Shown: positions 51,801-64,000 of the stretch, in pieces
How positions within the stretch are numbered: the first letter of the stretch is position 1
Layout: each line of letters begins with the position of its first letter
Origin: Albugo candida
Taxonomy: Eukaryota
DNA: 64,000 nucleotides
Direction of reading: 5' to 3'
Assembly (NCBI GenBank): GCA_040437565.1
Contig: JBDOQK010000005.1
Coordinates: 124,001-188,000 of the forward strand
Program-made: the position numbers and the translations under genes
The notes under the pieces: model-generated
Told to the model about the DNA's origin: nothing
The model's input: only the letters and a program-made list of their open reading frames with translations
Databases searched by the model: none

Positions 51801-53314
51801 ATATACGGAAGGCGTGAGGTGATCCGGCCGATTCCTTTAGCAGAAGACCACCGGGTTACTGTATCTCGATCTCTCAGTCCACATAGTAAGATGTTAATAA
51901 TCTGTTCCATCCATACTATAACGTCATCATCCAGATCATCTATTTGAGATTCCCTTGGCTCTGGTGTGGAAGGTAAATCCTCTTTTTGTTTGTGGCAGAT
52001 TGTGTCTAGCCGTACATCTAGAGACCGTAATCCGCGTTGATATCGCCACGACATTACTTTTGGTGGAAGAAATAAGAGTCCTAGCCTTTGTACCAACTTG
52101 ATGCTCAATTTGAGCTGTAAAGTACTTCCAGCGATACGATTCGATGATTCTCTTGACTCAGTTATTTTTGCTAGGTTTGAGATGAATCGCAATACTGTCC
52201 CGAAGTAGACTGGGATAACCTGGATGTGCTTCGAGCGCGGAGCAAACTTTGCCAAATATGTGAGACATTGCATTATGCCAATGATTTTGAATTGATCAAT
52301 CTCGGTGTTAGATATACCATTTGAAAATGTGGTGTCGGGGCTTGTTTCTAGTGCGTCAGCTGCTTTCAGTAATTCTGCGTTTGCCCAGATCAGAAAGTCA
52401 AGCAAATGCGATTTCTCTGTATCTGGACGACTAAGTAATCTTGCCAAACATAAAGCTGCAGCTGCTTTGGTTACGCCAGGATCTGCGAGATATTCTTTAC
52501 ACAAAGTTTGTAATTTGACAACTAGAGATTGCTGTCCATTGTCATTTGCCCTCGTCTCTATTGATGATTTTTCTGCGCTAGCCACCACTGATGAGTCTAT
52601 AGTTTGAAGATCAAAGGGGACCAAGCAGAGCATTGATAGCCACAAAAGCAGTCCGTATCGAGTCTCCCAGGTACTATGAAATAAAAAGAATCCTAGTGCT
52701 TTTGATGGTGTTTTCACTGTATAATGGACGATCTATACCTGTGGCAATTCGGGTCTTGAGATTGTAAGAGCAATAGAGTCGGTTCAAAATCCTTCGCTGC
52801 ATGTGGAAATAATTTCAAGATGATTTTATATCCTCGCACTTTACACAAATGATATATAAGCTGAAAGATTCCATGCAGCTTATGATTGCAATAAACTTGG
52901 AAAGGGAAGGTGGATGTGCTTTTTCGAGTCAGAAGAAGCGTTGAACATTGCATGATTCTGGACACTTCTGAGATGAGTGGGTCCATTATGGCATTCAGAT
53001 AAGGATCAAGGAGCTGAGGCCTCTCCATATATCGATCCAGCTACATAGTATGCGTTTTGAATTACTTTCATTACGTTATGGAAGCAGATTGATAGAAGTA
53101 CAATTTCTCGTATGCGTTGGAAAGCTGTGGCCTCAGAGATATGTACACCAGCACAATCGTCAACGATCGTCGGGTCGAAGCAATCCGTAGTATTCTTCTC
53201 CTCTTTCATAGCATCTCCCGGCGTATACATCGAAACAATATCGTGCACAAGTTGTAGACAGAGCTCATGCTCCGCGAAATATGAATTCTCGCCAGCTAAT
53301 GATTTTGAATTCAT
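48829..53314 (-). CDS. TBCD: Tubulin-specific chaperone (cofactor) D, multi-exon
   Basis: Motifs are YMERPQLLDPYL, LCKVRGYK..FPH, WETRYGLLLWLSMLCLVPFDL, WRYQRGLRSL, DTVTRWSSAKGIGR, WHGGSLALAELARRGLLLP, VRDAACY, FDREVNCRRAASAAFQE, DYAVDERGDVGSWVR and LGHRYPKIR. The terminal exon is inferred from splice sites. Confidence 0.95.
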
Positions 53315-55454
53315 GGCGTGAGGTACCGTGAAGGCTTTTTTACAGAACTGCGAGATCAAGTTATTGCGTCTACCATTCTATTTGGAAAAGAATTTCAATA
53401 AAGTTCCTACCCAGCGTATTCAGCCTACGCCGATAAATTGTCGAAAGTTATCCTCCGACATGTTCCGTTCTACCTGTAGACCAGCAGTTTAGAGATGTGC
53501 ATGTCATTCATAGTGCTCTTTCAGCTCAGTAATAGTGTNNNNNNNNNNNNNNNNNNNNNNNNNNNNNNNNNNNNNNNNNNNNNNNNNNNNNNNNNNNNNN
53601 NNNNNNNNNNNNNNNNNNNNNNNNNNNNNNNNNNNNNNATCTCCCGGCGTATACATCGAAACAATATCGTGCACAAGTTGTAGACAGAGCTCATGCTCCG
53701 CGAAATATGAATTCTCGCCAGCTAATGATTTTGAATTCATGGCGTGAGGTACCGTGAAGGCTTTTTTACAGAACTGCGAGATCAAGTTATTGCGTCTACC
53801 ATTCTATTTGGAAAAGAATTTCAATAAAGTTCCTACCCAGCGTATTCAGCCTACGCCGATAAATTGTCGAAAGTTATCCTCCGACATGTTCCGTTCTACC
53901 TGTAGACCAGCAGTTTAGAGATGTGCATGTCATTCATAGTGCTCTTTCAGCTCAGTAATAGTGTATGTAATTGACACTGCACAATTTCCAAGGATAGTGC
54001 AAGAGAATCAGGGAGCACTTAAATGAATATTCTCTAGCGCTTGTTTGCGCAATTTTTAAGCTTTCACCTTAGCTTAACACACATGGAGAATATATTTAAT
54101 TTTTACAGACTTCAAATAGGGTCACTGAATTGAAAGAAAACGGAGCGCGATGCACACTCTCTCAAAGATTTCCGTATCCCTTTAAAATGAGATACAATTC
54201 TGATGATGGTACAACAATTGCGTTACTCATGGAAACGCTTTTCGGATACGACGGTACTAGTGCGAGTGAAACACACCGAAGAGGTATGCATTATGGGTTA
54301 TAATTCCAATTCTTTGAGGAATCATGTTTCATGACCCTGTCCCTTTAGCACACTAATTTCTATGTTAACAACATGCGGATTTTTTTTGAGATCGAACGCT
54401 TCACTGATTCTTTAAATTTCTCTTGATTCACTATATCATATTCCGACATTCTAGCGTGCGTCAAGCTCGAGATCGATCATTGCGCGATGAGTTGTATTGC
54501 CTTCTATTATCTCCAGATAGGAATATCCCACTAGTTCCGCGCGATATATAGCGTAAAGAATTCTTGGTCGTTACGGTACTAAGGCAAGAGGGTTCGCCAA
54601 CGAAAATATTTGATTGCAATCTTTGCTTGCTTGAAATTTGAAATCTAGCAAAATCTAAATCTTTGCGAAGCTCAATCCATCCTGGTGCGGGCGAAAGTGC
54701 GCCATTGTATGAATGACATCACTTCTTTCAATCTTATGCATGAGCCTATTCTTGCCGCGATTCCTATTTAGAAAGTGCAAATTCTTTACGTTTTATGGAC
54801 GAATCTCCAATAATTTTTTATGTGCTGCAGATTGCCATAACCACATACAAGAAAAGTGTGTTCCCGACACTCGTGTAGCTTCACCACGCACCGGGCTCTA
54901 ATAAGTGCCTGTACAAAATGGGTGATTAATTTGGTACTTTATTTGACCTGATAGCAGCCACGAAAATCCTAGCAAAGAAAGGTGCTCTTGTTTGTGCCCT
55001 TTGCGTATAATCAATCTATCACCCTATATCGAGGTGATGCATACATTCATTCAGGATTATAACCAAAGAAAAAGACAACCTGAAGATATCAAGCGGAGGA
55101 AACCATAAATGCCCATGGGCTCTACGTCAGTGCAACCGTTTACAGCCTAAATCAGCTTGCAATAGGGCCTATAAGACTAACCATTGGGCGTGGGTACCGT
55201 CAACCGTACGCCGTAGACGTGAATATACTAGGCGACGACGTAGCTCAGCAGGGTGATTTGTGATTGGCAAGTCTCCATCAAACTGAGTCAATTACCATTC
55301 CTCTTAATCTCGCAGCGAGCTCGACACTCGTTTCAGCATCCTCTTAGGGCGATCGGCGATACTGCAATACGCGATATAGGAAGTTCGTACATAATGACAG
55401 TAAAAGTATCAACCTTTTTGAAGTATGCCATCGATAAATGTGGATGGCGCACCA

Positions 55455-55554
55455 AGTGATTCGGAAAGTAGACTCATGAACTCATTTCGTATCTCTCGAA
55501 GTCGCTTCTTCGAGGTATATGCAATGAGTGTATGAGTCTACTTTCCGAATCGCT
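55455..55554 (+). other. Long hairpin / inverted repeat (47-position stem, 6-nt loop); candidate structured RNA
   Basis: GATTCGGAAAGTAGACTCAT and ATGAGTCTACTTTCCGAATC form a perfect 20-bp match. The whole stem has 40 Watson-Crick pairs, 4 G:U pairs and 3 mismatches on the + strand. Confidence 0.75.
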
Positions 55555-56229
55555 CAGACCCACGCGTGACATTACGCAAGCTGGTAAGAATTGTAGGTGA
55601 TTTAGGAACACAAGGATCTCTTATGTTTACTAAAGACTACGTATCTAGGGGCCATATGTTTCCTATTATTATTCGCATTCACATCACGTATTTGAACCAC
55701 TCCCCTCCACGTGGCCTACGTGAACGACAGCTTGAGCTAGTACAGTCTTCAAGCAGATTCGTGTTTATAACCCTTTAAGGTTCATGGCAAACGGTGTCCA
55801 TACTACGGGCGAACACCCTTACCTGAGCTGGGCCAGCCCCCAACTAAACAATGGATTAATTGATAACGTATGGATCTAGGTAAAAGATTAAGGGAAAGAA
55901 ACATAGGGTACAACTTACAAGAACACGACAGATTAACATGAAGATGAATTATGAAATCAAGATTCTGCGGATATCGCTATATACTGTACAGAGCAACGGG
56001 CATTGGAGGATGGGAGGCTTTGCAGAAACGAAACTGCATTGGGAGGAAGTTATTCGAGGCCAAATTATAATAAGCATTTTTCATCTGCTTTGTAGACGCC
56101 TGCTTTCATTTTGTAATTTTAAGTCTCTTCACTTCTCCATGTGGACAATAATGTTTTGAACGGTAGTTCTCGATGAAGTGGTCATCAACCGAGTTGAACG
56201 GAATGCAGAAATTCACCTATATGCCTCAA

Positions 56230-56460
56230 TTTGGAGCCGCTATCAAACATTCATGTTCATCCAACGAATTATCCTTCTCGACAGACTTTACAGATCTTTC
56301 GAAAAAATTTCTCAGATCAATTGTGATGATCCTGAGCTGAAAGATAATGTATTGGAACCGCGACGTTCTACTCATCGTCACCATGGCTGTCACACCACTA
56401 ATTCTCTGATTGAACGATGAATTGGCGATTGGGACGTTATTTGCTAGCAAATACCGACGG
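56230..56460 (+). mobile_element. Possible decayed Ty3/gypsy integrase zinc-binding-region remnant
   Basis: DDPELKDNVL....TH.HHGCHTTNSLIER loosely matches the (D.ELR..IL...H....GH.G...T...I.R) pattern. The evidence is weak. Confidence 0.3.
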
Positions 56461-57575
56461 CCAGCAGAAGTACATCTTCCGGAGTGCTTCTATGTATTAT
56501 CGCACTTGGGCGACCTAGGTGTTAGCCTATTGCCATGATATTTGTGCTGATGTCTGGTTTGGAACGTCATCCCATCGTCTCGAAATGATTAGCTGGAGCT
56601 TATGGAGCATGTTTATTTTGTCCATTTTCTGACTTGTCATCCAAACTCCAAGTCACCGTGCGCTGAGTAATGGCTGCTCCTACCGATACTGACCTGATGC
56701 ATACGTGAGAGAAAATATCCAAGTAAGATCTCTCTAGACTGGATTGGGCAATATATCATTGCTCTTGTGATATCGCACAGCCCACGGATCAATTCTCGAC
56801 TACGACCTCAAAAAAGTCGTCTTTCCACAATGTAAATGCTCCATGTCTCTAACTCAGCATCAATAAATGAGGAAATCCAAGCCAGGCAGAATTTCTTGCC
56901 AGCAATTGCAAAAATGGAGCTGTGGCGAGTGATCTTCTACTTTCCAAGAGATGGAACGTTCTCAAAACCCAGGATTAATACATTACGAGGTAATGCAGTA
57001 AATTATGCTTGTCGACATGATTCAACTGCATAGCGATACGCTGGAGACTCGAGAGTATGATATCTGATCCAACAATAGCGCGACGTATATTTGATAAATG
57101 TAGTAATCGATACGGTTTGACTGTCAATACTTACAGTTTGCATATATCTCGCGTCCTATGAAGAATGAAGAGAAGTTCAGAGGCATAATCATGAGGTATG
57201 CAGAGGGAAGAGTATCTTCATATAAGAATGAAGAAGCGTTTCTTCATAAGCACGGAAATGAAGCAGCATGTTATTGAACCAATTCCTTCACTGCCCATCC
57301 TATAATCAGCAACGATCGTTTATCACGACACCATACTTCGTACCAGTGCTTTGGATAACTCTTAAATATGTTTCTATATCTTACACCATGGCGTTAGTAA
57401 GCATAGTCTCTCACATGTAGATCAATCATCCATCTGTGCCTTGTGTAGTGACCATGAGACATTTTGCATATATATCGTACAGTCAATCAATCAGCTGCTG
57501 ATGGCGGTAGTACCGTGCCTGGTGATATTATATTAGAACATATATACAAAGCAAAAGTCTTCTGAGCAGCGTATA

Positions 57576-60500
57576 ATGGAGAAAACTGAGTGTGCGCAAG
57601 CACCATCAAGCGAAGAAACACATCGAACGTCCATAGAAGAGAAACACTCTCCAATAATCACAAGCCCTTGTGAAAATACAGCGATGCGTGCAGAGCTCCA
57701 CGAAGGAGGAAATGCGTCCAAATTGAGTACTACGAGAGGCTTCCTCGGTGTAAATCCTCGAGACAGTCACGTCAAAGTAAGTGACAATAAGTTGTTCTCA
57801 ATAGATAATTATTTGCCTTATTAGCCCAGACTCGACGTCACGAACAGCGGAAAGCTACAGGATCAATTTTACCACGCTGTGCCTGCTTCCTCCGCTATCG
57901 GCTTCATCAAACATCGCTGGTGCAGTTCAAAGAAACGAAAAGGAAAAGATTCGGCAACTTCAACTGGATCGTCTGAAGTTGATGATCAAAATTGCAACGT
58001 ATCTTCTTGGCCGTATGATGAAAACACATTAGTGAATGGTAGCAAGAGACGAGGCGCATTAAATCGTCCAGTGGCATTTTCTGATCAGTCAACAGTCGTC
58101 GGTAAAGGCGAAGAATATTTTTCGGAGTCAGATATTGTGCATGCAGGATACTTGGTCAAACAAGGATCTTTTTGGAAAAGTTGGAGACGGCGCTACTTCA
58201 TTTTACGTCGGGATATTCCCGTTCTCGCATACTATGCGTCCAAGGAACATCTCACTAAACTTGGTGAGATATCCGTGGATGATCAAAGCGTGCTGCTAAA
58301 GACTCCTCGTAATGGCATCCCGCATTGCTTTACAGTGAAACATGCCGCTCGCACGCTAATCATGTTCACTGAAGACGGTGAAGACATCATGAATACCTGG
58401 ATGGATCGTATCAGCCGATGTATTCGTCTTCGTATAGACAGAAATGCCATCACGAATACAATTATGGATCGAGAACAAAGTAGCGTGAATAGCACTGAGT
58501 CAGCGCTGATCCTTGACACCGCAGCTATTCGTGCACACCCAAAAACTCATCCTTCACATAAGCATCAAAATGTCCATCTGGCGTCCAACGACTCTTTTAG
58601 ACTTTTGGGAGCTCTTGAGCAAATGGAAATTGATAGCTCATCAATACTATCCAATAATCTCACTTCGAAGAGCAATTGCTGCAAAGTCCGCTCGCATAGC
58701 GCGTCTGGTGCAATCATGACGTCTAAATATGCTGAGAAGCAGTTCCGAAGAGGAACAATAATGTCGTTGGATGATTCACAGATACGTATACGGGAAGAAA
58801 GTAGGAGAGACGCAGGATACAATGACAATAGACATACTCGAAGTCTCAGCCTTACACAATTCAGGCCGACTCCCAGCATCGAGTTATTTGTATCGGTTGG
58901 ATGTAGAGATATCTCCGAGATCACACAAATGCTTGTTGCATCCTTCATCGTGATACCGGGGAATAAAGATCTTGTGGAGCTTTCTCGGACTGAGATTCAA
59001 GGCAGTTTTGTCACACGAAGGCTTAAAGGGGGACTCGATGTGCGAGAATTCATGACAACACTTTCGGTTCCGTTGAAGCTCCGCCAAATGATCCAATTTG
59101 AAATATACGCGGCATCGAATCCGAACTCAGAGTCGCTGAGCAATCAGCAATCACTTGGTTTCGCACGGGTCTCACCAATTGAGTTACTATTTTCTTCGGA
59201 TAGCACCATCATATTGGAGTGCCGTCGATCTTCAACGGCGTCCCAAGCGCGGTTACTAATCCTCAATCGACTGACGCCAACAAATACAACGGATTTGGGA
59301 CACTCTTATATCTATGCCAAACGCCATTTCGTAGCACAGAAATCAGGATATGATAAACGATTCTCATCGGAGATGTCAAACGGGATGTTATTCAGAAATT
59401 TCAATGGTGATTACACAGGAGGCGAGCTTGAGAAAGCCATTTCGACGAATGATTTAACTTCTCCGGCCAGCACAGGCTCCATCAATTTGTATGACGGCAA
59501 TCTGAGCAAAAGGCTAACTAGAACCTCATTGGAACCTTTTGAGCCAGAGCATGTTTTGGTTTCGGAAGAATTGTCGGCTTCGTTCTGCTCGGTATCTATT
59601 GCATTTGCATATGTCAAAATGCTACAAACACGAAACATGCGGAGAACGCATGATGCTGAGCGCTTTATAGCCGACATCGCTCGAAGATATGATCAGACGC
59701 CGTCATCTCCGTGCTCCAAAACTCAGAGTGAAGACACCATCAATTTACACTCGGAACTTGTTTGTGATGCAAGAGATAGGCTGACTCACTACACGCAGCT
59801 CCATGAAATGTACGTTAGTCGTGAGGACTACTACCATTCTCTTCTCCGAATGCTTGAAGAGGGAAAAGAGCCTGGTATCACGGGTTGCTTGAAGCGAAGC
59901 GTTTACAAGAAGGAAAAAATGGGGGAATTCATGCCTGTCAACTTGAACTGCCATCTCTTTCGAGTCAAGGAAATTTCTTTTGACGCTGTAGCAGCTAGTA
60001 ATCAATCAACTTTGCCGCATTCGGGTCGATGCAGAAGAACAGATGAACTCATCTTTCCGGTCATCACTCATGGATGTAGTGCGGCGCACTCCTTGGGGTT
60101 CAAAGAAGGCGGGCTTCGACGATTGCAACATTTATACACTCAGTCAGCTAATGATCAACGCTTGTTGGAGCGTATTGAGCATAGACAAGATATTCTATTC
60201 TCACAAGCGCTTGCTATCACAGCCGCGGCATTTCTCACAATTATTGGTTTGGCATTCGAACATTCGGGTGACCATATTGAGCACTTGAAATTCATCTGCT
60301 CGGTGGGGTTTCTGATCAATACAGAATCATTGTTGAGCACATTGGGATCTGAAAAAGGGATGTTGGAAGATATGGCGGAAGCCTCACTCTGGTTAACACG
60401 GTGTGTCAGTTTACAAATCGTGCAATCGATGGAGGAGGGTCGTTTGCTGCGATGTACTAAATGTGTTGGTGTCACAAGCAGCGACTCTGGTGATCAAGTA

Positions 60501-61160
60501 GTCGCGACTCTTGCAGTTCCAAGCGAAGTATTTGCTATCTTGCCCGAGAAGCTACAGCATGGCCAGCTCATCAAAGTCCATAGTGTCTTATTCACGCAAG
60601 GTATCAATGAGATGCAATCGGTAGCTAATACTGTTTTGGATACACGGCTTCAAGATGAGATTAATCACGAAAGTGGTAAAACGCTGGCACAATACTTCAA
60701 AAGCTTCAAGATGCAATTTCGACGATTGTACGAAGAGGATAATCTTCACCCCGACACTGCGGAGTATCTCGCGCATTTGAAAGCGGAAGTACGTTTATTT
60801 CTGGAACGATTGCGACTGGCTTTGACGCATCATGTTCAGCGCAAAAATGTCAATCTTTTGATCGAGTCGAGTGATTTGTGTCGGAAATTAGGAGCAGCTC
60901 GAACGACTTGTTGTAAAAGTGGTAAAGATCGCACAGCTATGGCAGTGACGCTCGAAGGTTCACGTCTTGTTGTGGACCAGTTTCACGTTAAATATGGAAT
61001 CCAGCTCTGCAACGCTATGCGTGAGCGTGGTGTTCGTCGTGTAAACGTCTTGGCAAACACTGGGAAAACGAAATTTGCTTTCAATTCATTACAATTAAAG
61101 TGTCTCCCGGATTGTTACAAGCCACCGGTTTTGGCCTCCGATTCCCATGTCGGATCCTGA
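57576..61160 (+). CDS. INPP4: PH-domain inositol polyphosphate 4-phosphatase (INPP4-type), 2 exons
   Basis: Exon 1 (57576-57776) and exon 2 are joined in frame across intron 57777-57824. Motifs are the PH domain AGYLVKQGSFWKSWRRRYFIL..W, FMPVNLNCH, ESLLSTLGSEKGMLEDM, VLFTQGINEMQ and the CX5R catalytic CKSGKDRT (60912-60935). Confidence 0.92.
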
Positions 61161-61185
61161 TCGTTCCACTCGCTCGCTCGGTGTC

Positions 61186-61938
61186 TTAACGGCTGGCCAC
61201 GACGTCGAAGACGCCCAAGTTTTTGCATCTGAAAAGGAAACAATTAGATATATATACCGTTCGGCGCTTATTAGTAGTCAAAACCGCAAGGAAGAGATTT
61301 TGCTCATGCTCCTGATTTTTCAGCTGCAGTTGCTTTACTTGTTGTTGGAGTACGAAAATCGTTTGGGCATCCTCACAAGCTTTGATATGTCCCAGCGCTC
61401 GCAAATCTTGCAGCTTCTCTCGGCATGTGTCTCGTAGCGCTTGCTTGCAAAAGATGTCAGGCAAAGTACCGCACATCAAGCTGATAGAAAGAGAAACCTG
61501 TTGCTCCAGCAATTGAGTTGCAAGATTCTCTCCGACTGCCCGAACTTCGTCACGCTGTTTGTGATAGAAATAGATGTGATCAAGGAAGCTGAGAAATAAT
61601 TTATCGACTTGATTAGCCGAAAGCGATTGCCATGTTCGACGAATGTGTTGCTCCATTTGATCTTGACAATGTGCTTTGTCGACGTTCGTGCTGTCGCGTA
61701 GCAAAGTTAGTTCACTCACTAGTTTGCGTGACAACGTGTCGATCTGCGCCGTTTCCTCATCGACAAGAGGCTCATTGTTTTTTGCAGTGGAAAATTCGGT
61801 CGCAGCCGCGGTGCGCTCAAATTTCATTTGCGAATGCTCGTGACTGTTGATATTTAGAAGGAAGACTTCTCGCAGCAAGATAAGGGTTTTTGATTTAGAT
61901 TTCCGACGAATGGTCCCATCTTTGTGGGTCATAAGCAC
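61186..61938 (-). CDS. Unknown coiled-coil protein (3' part of a probably spliced gene; boundaries uncertain)
   Basis: A 250-codon open frame contains heptad-like Q/L/E-rich stretches (LQQQVKQLQLKNQEHEQNL). It has no ATG at the ORF start, so upstream exons are likely. Confidence 0.55.
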   Translation of the reverse strand: MLMTHKDGTIRRKSKSKTLILLREVFLLNINSHEHSQMKFERTAAATEFSTAKNNEPLVDEETAQIDTLSRKLVSELTLLRDSTNVDKAHCQDQMEQHIRRTWQSLSANQVDKLFLSFLDHIYFYHKQRDEVRAVGENLATQLLEQQVSLSISLMCGTLPDIFCKQALRDTCREKLQDLRALGHIKACEDAQTIFVLQQQVKQLQLKNQEHEQNLFLAVLTTNKRRTVYISNCFLFRCKNLGVFDVVASR

Positions 61939-62939
61939 GGCTCAATGAGAGTCTGGAGGCGCACAAAACCAACGATCTCAACCTGTTTGTTCAACCAGTG
62001 CTTTTCATGTATATTGAAACAAGTCTGGCATTGTGGATAGTAGCGCTGACGGCCGAGTTATCGAATGATCAAATCCGTCAATCTCAGTAGCTGTCAGAAG
62101 ATAGTGATGATAAATGTAAGAAAAATTTGACGCATTCGATGCGCATGATCCGCGTAATATGAAAAAGACTTCGATTCCCGCTATTATGAAATCCCAACTC
62201 TCGTCTGAACGATTACATCATGGATTGTTTTTTTCGCCACCGTATCTAAGCATGTGCTTGTAGGACTGATAGAAGATCCAAACAGCAATGCTGACTTATC
62301 GATCCATACGACAACCCGAGTATACATTTATAATGTCGTAGCACTGACTATTTCGATACAGAATAGCTTCAAGTGCTGAGTTATTCATCCAGGCGTTCTG
62401 TTCTGACATTTCGAGCAAGTTTCGGTCTATCATCTATTGGAAGCTTGAAGTAGAAACAGGTCATTAGCGTGCTTGCATTGAAGGGAGCCTGAATGAATGC
62501 ACAAGACCAACAAAACGTGTGTAACGTATTTGAAATTATGCTTGAATATGTAAACTCATAACAGCAGCTATAAAGTAGTAATTTTAGCGAAGACACTCGG
62601 CACGTGATTTAAAAGAGTTCAAGATAGTCTTATTGTCGACAACAGCGCCAAACAATGATGAGAAGTAACAGAGAAGTAACCGAGAAGAGTAAGAATGTAT
62701 TATGCATGTTGCTGAAAAGTAAGAAAGAAAAAGAACAAGATAGGGAACCGAAAGAAAAAGGGTCGTGCACTGCAATTTTCGAATATGGATCCTAGAGGAT
62801 CAAGTGTATGGTCAGCGCTTTATCCCGTAGGCCTCACAACCATCATCGTTACCACACGATTTCTTGTTCTGCCTGTTTAATAAGATCCACGCACGCTCCT
62901 AGTGCATAAGAAGCTATCTTATCGATACCACTGTACGAA

Positions 62940-64000
62940 CGTCTGTAATCTTCAAGGTCCAGGAGCTTTTACGATTATCAATAAATTCGCAAATCCAGCC
63001 TTGATAGCTAGCATCTGTGATGGTTGTCGGATCACTTTGTCCAAGAACTTTCTCGAATTGTTGACGGACATATCTGTCAGTGTGGTGGCTTCCCTGGATG
63101 CGGAGGGTTCTTCTGACTTCTTGAACATGAATGGGGACACGAATAATCTTTTGGACTATTCGGGTCTTCCAAACTTCTGCAGTCTTCTAGGACTTCATGT
63201 ACGGTTTCTTCGGGCAAGTGCAAATTTGAACAGTCACCAAGCAGAAGCCGAATGTGAGTGATCGCGTCTTGTGTGATACGTCTTTATCCAATCCAGCTGA
63301 ATTCCCACTACTTGAACGGTGTAAAGAACATAAGGGTGCCAATATAGTAGCAGTCGAGACGATGGATAGAGCGGAGCAACCTTCGTTTACGAAGGACCAA
63401 CTTGAGCTTTCATGAGAGCAGGGAGAAAAGTAACTCTAAATACGAAAAATGTCAATGATTGCATGTGTAGAATGGTGGTAGATGGAAGATTGGTAAGTGA
63501 ATCGAATCGCGAACTTGAAAATGAAAAGATTTATTTCTTCTCGGAATAGTGTTCACTGTCGTAAATACTGGACGGAATAAAAAGTTACTTCACTGAAAGG
63601 TGGGAAAAATAGGAGTACGTATATTATTCATGATTGCCAGTTTCTCTTTCTACGGCCTTCCTTAATTACGAAACATCGCGTCGGGACAGTCCTAGCGGAA
63701 GGTATACGAAACCAGTATTTAGATCCTTGGATGATTTTCACCAAAATGTCCGGCGGATGGCAATGTGAACTCGTTACTTTCCAACATTCACTAGCACGGG
63801 ATGTTCCTGCTTGTGAATCTTGCAATACATCAGAATCTTTCTCAATCAGCGGCTGTCGTCTGTAGTTATCAAACATGTGACAAGTACATTAGCAGCAGCA
63901 AGACCTTACCGGCCCTTCCGCACGAGATTCTTCTGCTTTCCATTCCGTCTTTTTTCCAAAACAGATGGAAACTCAAACTTCTCTGTCAAGACCTTGTTCT
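62940..64000 (-). CDS. Probable exons of an unidentified minus-strand gene entering from the window edge
   Basis: Open stretches are bounded by plausible splice signals: ..KQKNLVRKGR|GTAAGG..ACTACAG|RQPLIEKDSD.. and TAG|KTAEVWKTRIVQKIIRVP..WTLKITD|GT. I recognise no family. Confidence 0.3.

Noticed and set aside
24235-60776. Numerous short antisense or alternate-frame ORFs inside XPG, PLAA, TBCD and INPP4
   Set aside because: They are shadow frames of long genuine CDSs and have no motifs of their own.

Overview
Eukaryotic, intron-containing DNA from a draft assembly with eight 100-N gaps. It is most likely an oomycete (Albugo-like); this is inferred from gene families, moderate GC and very short GT-AG introns, not from a database match. 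Bases 1-14 kb are a transposon graveyard. They hold decayed Ty1/copia gag fragments, an L1-type LINE RT remnant, and a tightly stacked, partly nested cluster of Mutator-like (MULE) elements and TIR-bounded non-autonomous derivatives. The rest carries spliced genes: an 8-exon DOT1-like SAM methyltransferase that the ORF track misses, a DEK-C / alpha-helical QW-repeat / TFIIS-N fusion protein, XPG/RAD2, PLAA/DOA1, a bZIP factor, an FPPS-family prenyltransferase lacking the chain-length-limiting aromatics, ARL2, tubulin cofactor D, a PH-domain INPP4-type phosphatase, and an unknown coiled-coil gene. The main leads are ARL2 and its binding partner TBCD as apparent neighbours, the FPPS F/F to S/C substitution, a strand-asymmetric 100-nt pre-miRNA-like hairpin, and the fusion protein. 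Six duplications flanking N-gaps, including the second FPPS copy, look like assembly artefacts. All domain calls come from recognising motifs by eye.
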